64,000 nt of DNA from the human T2T-CHM13v2.0 reference genome, Homo sapiens, in the NCBI RefSeq assembly GCF_009914755.1, contig NC_060948.1; one strand, 5' to 3'. The notes beneath the pieces were generated by a model. It was not told where the DNA came from. It ran no database searches and saw only the letters and a list, made by a program, of their open reading frames with translations. This document shows positions 55,542 to 64,000 of this stretch, in pieces; position 1 is the first letter of the stretch; every line of letters begins with the position of its first letter. The translations under genes and the position numbers were made by a program.

Positions 55542-57669
55542 AGATCCATATTTTTTAAATGAAAAAAAATTTCAAAGGTACTCTGCTTGGTACAATAATC
55601 AAATGTATAAACTGAGGAATAAAACATAACCATGAAACCTACTTATAACTGCATATGGAAAATACAGAGGATAATTTTTTAAATAACATATTTTGAAAGC
55701 CTTAACTAGTAATTTGAAGAGTTGGCCTTTGAAAGACCAGTATGAATATACCTTCAAAGCAGCAACACAGGTTCCCCATGAAAAAAAGCAAACTCAGGGA
55801 AAATAAAACCACAAAGGTTCAATCTCTTCTGACCTTTGAAAGACACAGCACAGACAGTGGTCCTTAGGACGAAGAGCAGGAGACCCCTAATTCCGTCACC
55901 ATGGCGATAGAGCATAAACATTGCTGGGTGAGGGCACAATCCACATTGTGAGGTCCAAGTGCTGCCAGGAAGACAGGAGTGCTTTTACATAGACCGAAAG
56001 GTCATTGAAGGCTCAGAGTTTTGTTTCAAGAACTGAATCCCAAGCCCACACGTTATTAGGCTGCGCTTCTTAAAACAAGTTATGAGATGGGAAAAAGGGC
56101 ACCCACAAACATACGTATACATTATGTATATAATAATATACAGTATCATATATATAATATATATAACCTATGTATAATATTGTTTTACATCCTGCATCTT
56201 ATGTTATATATATTATATAAAATATAATAATTGATAATATATAAGTTTTGTATTTATACAATATGACATATAGTATATATTATAATTTATGACATATATA
56301 ATATATGTTATATATCATATATAGAATATATTATACGGTTAATATACGTATTAAATATAAATTATACATTATATATATTATATATAATATATCTGTTATA
56401 TATAATACCCATTATGCATAATATATATGTTATGTCTATGTTATATACAGTATAAAACAACATATAATAATATATAATTGTATATATAAAATGCGACATA
56501 TAATATATATTTTATTTTATGACATATGTAATATATATTATATATTATATATAAAACGTTGTATGTATAATACCTATATTAAATATATATTATATGACTA
56601 TGTTATTAATTACATGTCACATATGTTATATATTATATATTTTACATAGAATATACCGGTTACATACAATATATACTATGTTACCTATAATGTATAATTT
56701 ATTACATGCAAAATAAAGAATGCAATATATTATGTATAATTTATAATATACAATATGTGGAATGTGATATATATAACATATAATATATGATATATGATAT
56801 ACAGTATATGATATATAACATACAATATATGATACCTAATATATATGGTATACAATATATATTTTATGATAAGTATTCTATATGTTTTATATTCTGTTAT
56901 ATATACCTATTTGAAATTATATATAACTGTATAATAATTTATGCAAATATGTAATATAATATATATAACTATATAATATATTATATATAACTATATATTA
57001 TGTTATATATACTTTTATAACATAATTTACATAAAATATCATAATATAATATATAGTATATTATTTCATATTACATAATATATATTACATATCACCCAAT
57101 ATAAGTAACATACTTAATATTATAATATAGATTATATTATGTTATATTAAATATCATATATATCATGTATCATATATTCTATAATATATATTATACATTA
57201 TATAATATGTATGTTGTCTATTATGTGATATATATAACTATATATATAAATATATTATTATACATATAACTGGATAAACATGTAATTCTACATATTTTCA
57301 TTTATAATATATAGAAATATATAATCATATATAATTATTTATATTCTATAAAAATTTATATCATTATATAAATTATAATATATAAAAATTATAATATGTA
57401 CTACAAATATATATATTATATATCATATATGATATAGTACCTTTGTTATATATCATAATACATATAAATGTGTATTATGTTATCTATAATTATATAATTT
57501 CATATATAAGATGTATAATATGTATTATTTATTATATATGTTATGTAATATATATAGTATATATAAGCTGACACAGGATAAATATTATATACTATGACAT
57601 ATAAAATATATGAGGTTATATGTTACATATAAGGCATAGCACATAACATGTAATATATATCATATATAA

Positions 57670-57961
57670 TATTTTTTTAGACAGAGTCTTGTCCTGTTGC
57701 ACATGGTGGAGTACAATGGCGCCATCTTTGCTCACTGTAACATCTGCCTCATGGGTCCAAGCGATTGTCCTCCCTCAGCCTCCCAGGTAGCTGGGACTGC
57801 ACCACACTGGGACTACACCAGCTGCCACCATGCCTAGCTAATTTTTTGGATTTTTAGTAGTGACAGCGTTTCACTGTATTGGCCAGGATGGTCTTGATCT
57901 CTTCACCTTGTGATCCCCTTGCCTTGGCCTCCAAATTTGCTGGGATTACAGGCCTGAGCCA
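57670..57961 (-). mobile_element. Alu relic, copy 24
   Basis: Same antisense Alu; edge-type variants. Confidence 0.95.
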
Positions 57962-58502
57962 AGATCCATATTTTTTAAATGAAAAAAAATTTCAAAGGTA
58001 CTCTGCTTGGTACAATAATCAAATGTATAAACTGAGGAATAAAACATAACCATGAAACCTACTTATTACTGCATATGGAAAATACAGAGGATAATTTTTT
58101 AAATAACATATTTTGAAAGCCTTAACTAGTAATTTGAAGAGTTGGCATTTGAAAGGCCAGTATGAATATTCCTTCAGAGCAGCAACACAGGTTCCCCATG
58201 AGAAAAAGCAAACTCAGGGAAAATGAAACCACAAAGGTTCAATCTCTTCTGACCTTTGAAAGACACAGCACAGACAGTGGTCCTTAGGACGAAGAGCAGG
58301 AGACCCCTAATTCCGTCACCATTGCGATAGGGCATAAACATTGCTGGGTGAGGGCACAATCCACATTGTGAGGTCCAACTGCTGCCAGGAAGACAGGAGT
58401 GCTTTTACATAGACCGAAAGGTCATTGAAGGCTCAGAGTTTTGTTTCAAGAACTGAATCCCAAGCCCACACGTTATTAGGCTGCGCTTCTTAAAACAAGT
58501 TA

Positions 58503-59790
58503 TGAGATGGGAAAAAGGGCACCCACAAACATATGTATACATTATGTATATAATAATATACAGTATCATATATATAATATATATAACCTGTATATAATAT
58601 TGTTTTACATCCTGCATCTTATATTATATATATTGTGTAAAATATAATAATTGATAATATATAAGTTTTATATTTATACAATATGACATATAGTATATAT
58701 TATAATTTATGACATATATAATATATGTTATATATAATATATAGAATATATTATACGGTTAATATACGTATTAAATATAAATTATACATTATATATATTA
58801 TATATAATATATCTGTTATATATAATACCCATTATACATAATATATATATTATGTCTATGTTTTATATAGTATAAACCAACATATAATAATATATAATTG
58901 TATATATAAAATGTGACATATAATATATATTATGTTTTATGACATATGTAACATGTATTATATATTATAGATATTACGTTGTATGTATAATACCTATATT
59001 AAATATATATTATATGACGATGTTATTAATTACATGTCACATATGTTATATATTATATATTTTACATGGAATATACCGGTTACATATAATATATACTATG
59101 TTACCTATAATGTATAATTTATTACATGTAATATAATGAATGTCATATATTATATATAATTTATAATATACAATATGTGGAATGTGATATATATAACATA
59201 TATGATATATGATATAAAGTATATGATATATAACATACAATATATGATACGTAATATATATGGTATACAATATATATTTTATGATATGTATTCTATATGT
59301 TTTATATTCTGTTATATATAACTATTTGAAATTATATATAACTGTATAATATTTTATGTAAATATGTAATATAATATATATAACTATATAATATATTATA
59401 TATAACTATATTTTATGTTATATATACTTTTATAACATAATTTACATAAAATATAATAATATAAAATATATTATATTATTTCATATTACATAATATATAT
59501 TCAATATCACCCAATATAAGTAACATACATACTATTAAAATATAGATTATATTATGTTATATTAAATATCATATATATCATGTATCATATATTCTATAAT
59601 ATATATTATGCATTATATAATATGCATGTTGTCTATTATGTGATATATATAACTATATATATAATTGTATTATTATACATATAACTATATAAACATTTAA
59701 TTCTATATATTTTCATTTACAATATATAGAATTATATAATCATAATTATTTATATTCTATAAAAAATTATATCATTATATAAATTATAAT
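58503..59790. repeat. Truncated, Alu-less unit: the AT segment is fused directly to the end of an HSATI segment
   Basis: Seen: junction aaattataat|gagatgggaaatagggcacacacaaac at 59790/59791. Landmark spacing is 3705 bp instead of 2 x 2420. Confidence 0.9.
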
Positions 59791-61350
59791 GAGATGGGAA
59801 ATAGGGCACACACAAACATACGTATACATTATGTATATAATAATATACAGTATCATATATATAACATATATAACCTATGTATAATATTGTTTTACATCCT
59901 GCATCTTATATTATATATATTGTATATAATATAATAATTGATAATATATAAGTTTTATATTTATACAATATGACATATAATATATATTATATTTTATAAC
60001 ATATATAATATATATTATGTATCATATATAATATATTATATGGTTAATATACGTATTAAATATAAAATATATATTATAAGTATTATATATAGTGTACCTA
60101 AGTTATATATAATATACCCTATATATAATATATATATTATGTCTATGTTATATATATTATAAAACAACATATAATAATATATAATTTTATATATAAAATA
60201 TGACATATAATATATATTATATTTTATGACCTGTATAATTTATATTATATATTATATACAATACGTTTTATGTATAATATATATATTAAATATATATTAT
60301 ATGACTATGTTATTAATTATATGTCATATATGTTATATATTATATATTTTACATAGAATATACTGGTTATATATAATATATACTATGTTACCTATAATGT
60401 ATAATTTATTACATATAATATATTGTATGTCATATATTATATATAATTTATAATATACAATATGTGGAATATGATATATATAACATATAATATATGATAT
60501 ATGATATACAATATATGATATATAATATACAATATATGATACATTATATAGATGGTATACAATATATATTTTATGATATGTATTATATATGTTTTATATT
60601 ATGTTATATATAAGTATGTGAAATAATATATAACTGTATAATATTTTATGTAAATATGTAATATAATATATATAACTATGAAATATATTATATATAACTA
60701 TAAATTATGTCTTATATAGTTTTATTACACTTTACATAAAATATCATAATATAATATATATTATATTATTTTATGTTACATAATATATATTATATATCAC
60801 ATAATATAAGTTACTTACATAATATTAAAATATAGATTATATTATGATGTATTAAATATCATATATATCATGTATCATATATTGTATAATATATATTATA
60901 CATTTTATATTATATATGTTGTCTATTATGTGATATATATAATTATATATATAATTACATTATTATACATATAACTACATAAAGATGTAATTCCATATGT
61001 TTTTATTTACAGTATATATAATTATATAATCATATATATTTATTTATATTCTAGAAAAAATTATATCATTATATAAATAATAATATATAAAAATTATAAT
61101 ATGTACTAAAATATATATATTATATATCATATATGATATAGTATATTTGTTATATATCATATTACATATAACTATATATTATGTTATCTATAATAATATA
61201 TTTTCATATATAAGATGTATAATATGTATTATATATTATAAATGTTATGTAATATATATAGTATACATAAGATGACACAGGATAAATATTATATACTATG
61301 ACATATAAAATATATGAGGTTATATGTTACATATAAGGCATAGCACATAA

Positions 61351-61665
<315 letters not shown>

Positions 61666-63762
61666 AGATCCATATTTTTTAAATGAAAAAAAATTTCAAA
61701 GGTACTCTGCTTGGTACAGTAATCAAATCTATAAACTGAGGAATAAAACATAACCGTGAAACATACTTATAACTGCATATGGAAAATACAGAGTATAATT
61801 TTTTAAAATAACATATTTTGAAAGCCTTAACTAGTAATTTGAAGAGTTTGCATTTGAAAGGCCAGTATGAATATACCTTCAAAGCAGCAACACAGGTTCC
61901 AAATGAGAACAATCAAACTCAGGGAAAATAAAACCACAAATGTTCACTCTGTTCTGACCTTTGAAAAACACAGCACAGACAGTGGCACTTAGGACCAAGA
62001 GCAGGAGATCCCTAATCCCGTCACCATGGCGATAGGGCATAAACATTGCGGGGTGAGGGCACAATGCACATTGTGAGGTCCAATTGCTGCCAGGAAGACA
62101 GGAGTGCTTTTACATAGACCGAAAGGTCATTGAAGGCTCAGATTTTCGTTTCAAAAACTGAATCCCAAGCCCACACGTTATTATGCTGCGCTTCTTAAAA
62201 CAAGTTATGAGAAGGGAAATAGGGCACCCACAACATACGTATATAGTATGTATATAATAATATACACTATCATATATATAATATATATAACCTATGTATA
62301 ATATTGTTTTACATCCTGCATCTTATATTATATATATTATATGTAATATAATAATTGATAATATATAAGTTTATATTTATACAATATGACATATGATATA
62401 TATTATATTTTATGACATATATAATATAGATTATATATCATATATAGAATATACTATACGGTTAATATACGTATTAAATATATAATATACATTATATATA
62501 TTATATCTACGTTATATATAACATTAACTATAGATAATATATATATTATATCTAGCTTATATATAATATAAAATAACAGATAATTATATATAATTGTATA
62601 TATAAAATATGACATATAATATATATTATATTTTATGACATATATATCATATATATTATATATTATATATAATATGTTGTATGTATAATACATATATTAT
62701 ATATATATTATAAGTCTAAATTATTAATTATATGTAATATATGTTATATATTACATATTTTACATTTCATACACATGTTACATAGAATATATACTATGTT
62801 ACATGTTACCTAGAATTTATTATATATAATATAATGTATGTCATATATTATATATACTTTATAGTATGCAATATGTGGAATGTGATATATATAACATGTA
62901 ATATATGATATATGATATACGATATATGATATATAATATACAATATTTGATACATTTTATATATGGTATACAATATATATTTTATGATATATATTATATA
63001 TGTTTTATATTATATTATACATAACCATTTAATTATATATAACTCTATAATATTGTAGGTAAATATATAATATAATACATATAACCATATATTATGTTAT
63101 TTATAATTTTATTACGTACATTCAATAATATATCATAATATAATATATATTATATTATATTATTTTATATTACATAATATATATTATATATCACATAGTA
63201 TGTGTTACATACATAATATTTAAATGTATATTATATTATGATATATTAAATATTATATATATTATGTATGCTATACTGTATAATATATATTATATATTAT
63301 ATAATATGCAGGGTGTCTATTATATGATATATATTATAATATATATAATTATATTATACATATAACGATATAAATATGTAATTATATTTAACATTATTTA
63401 TATTACATATAGTTATATAATCATATATAATAATTTATATTATAAAAATAATTATATCATTATATAAATTATAGTATATATAAATTATAATATGTGATAA
63501 ATAATATATATTATATATCATATATGATATAGCATATATGTTATATATCATATTATATATCAATTTACGTTATGATATCTATAATTGTATATTTTCATAT
63601 ATAAGATGTATAATATGAATTATATATTATATATGTTATTAAATATATACTTTATATAAAATGACACAGGATAAATGTTATATATTATGACATATGATAT
63701 ATATGCGGTTATATATTATATATGAAGCATATTACATAACATATAATATATATCATATATAA

Positions 63763-64000
<238 letters not shown>

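Overview
The whole 64-kb window is one head-to-tail tandem array of a ~2,420-bp composite unit, about 26.5 copies. I recognise it as the primate (almost certainly human) DYZ2/HSat1B satellite typical of Yq12 heterochromatin; related copies exist on acrocentric short arms, and the chromosome cannot be proven from this sequence alone. On the + strand each unit is a ~570-bp mixed-composition HSATI-type segment, a ~1,560-bp extremely AT-rich degenerate (TA)n segment, and a ~292-bp antisense, 5'-clipped, CpG-decayed Alu carrying a 16-bp internal duplication. There are no credible protein-coding genes, RNA genes or CRISPR arrays, and I find no new gene system; the ORF track only reflects the repeat. 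The interesting signal is the array's internal history. A homogeneous core (~2.4-48.7 kb) with local variant subfamilies and recent unit duplications is flanked on both sides by older-type units that share variants. Divergence rises toward the right end, where there is a 171-bp templated insertion, a 32-bp deletion and a ~1.12-kb deletion that removes one Alu. All comparisons were made by eye.
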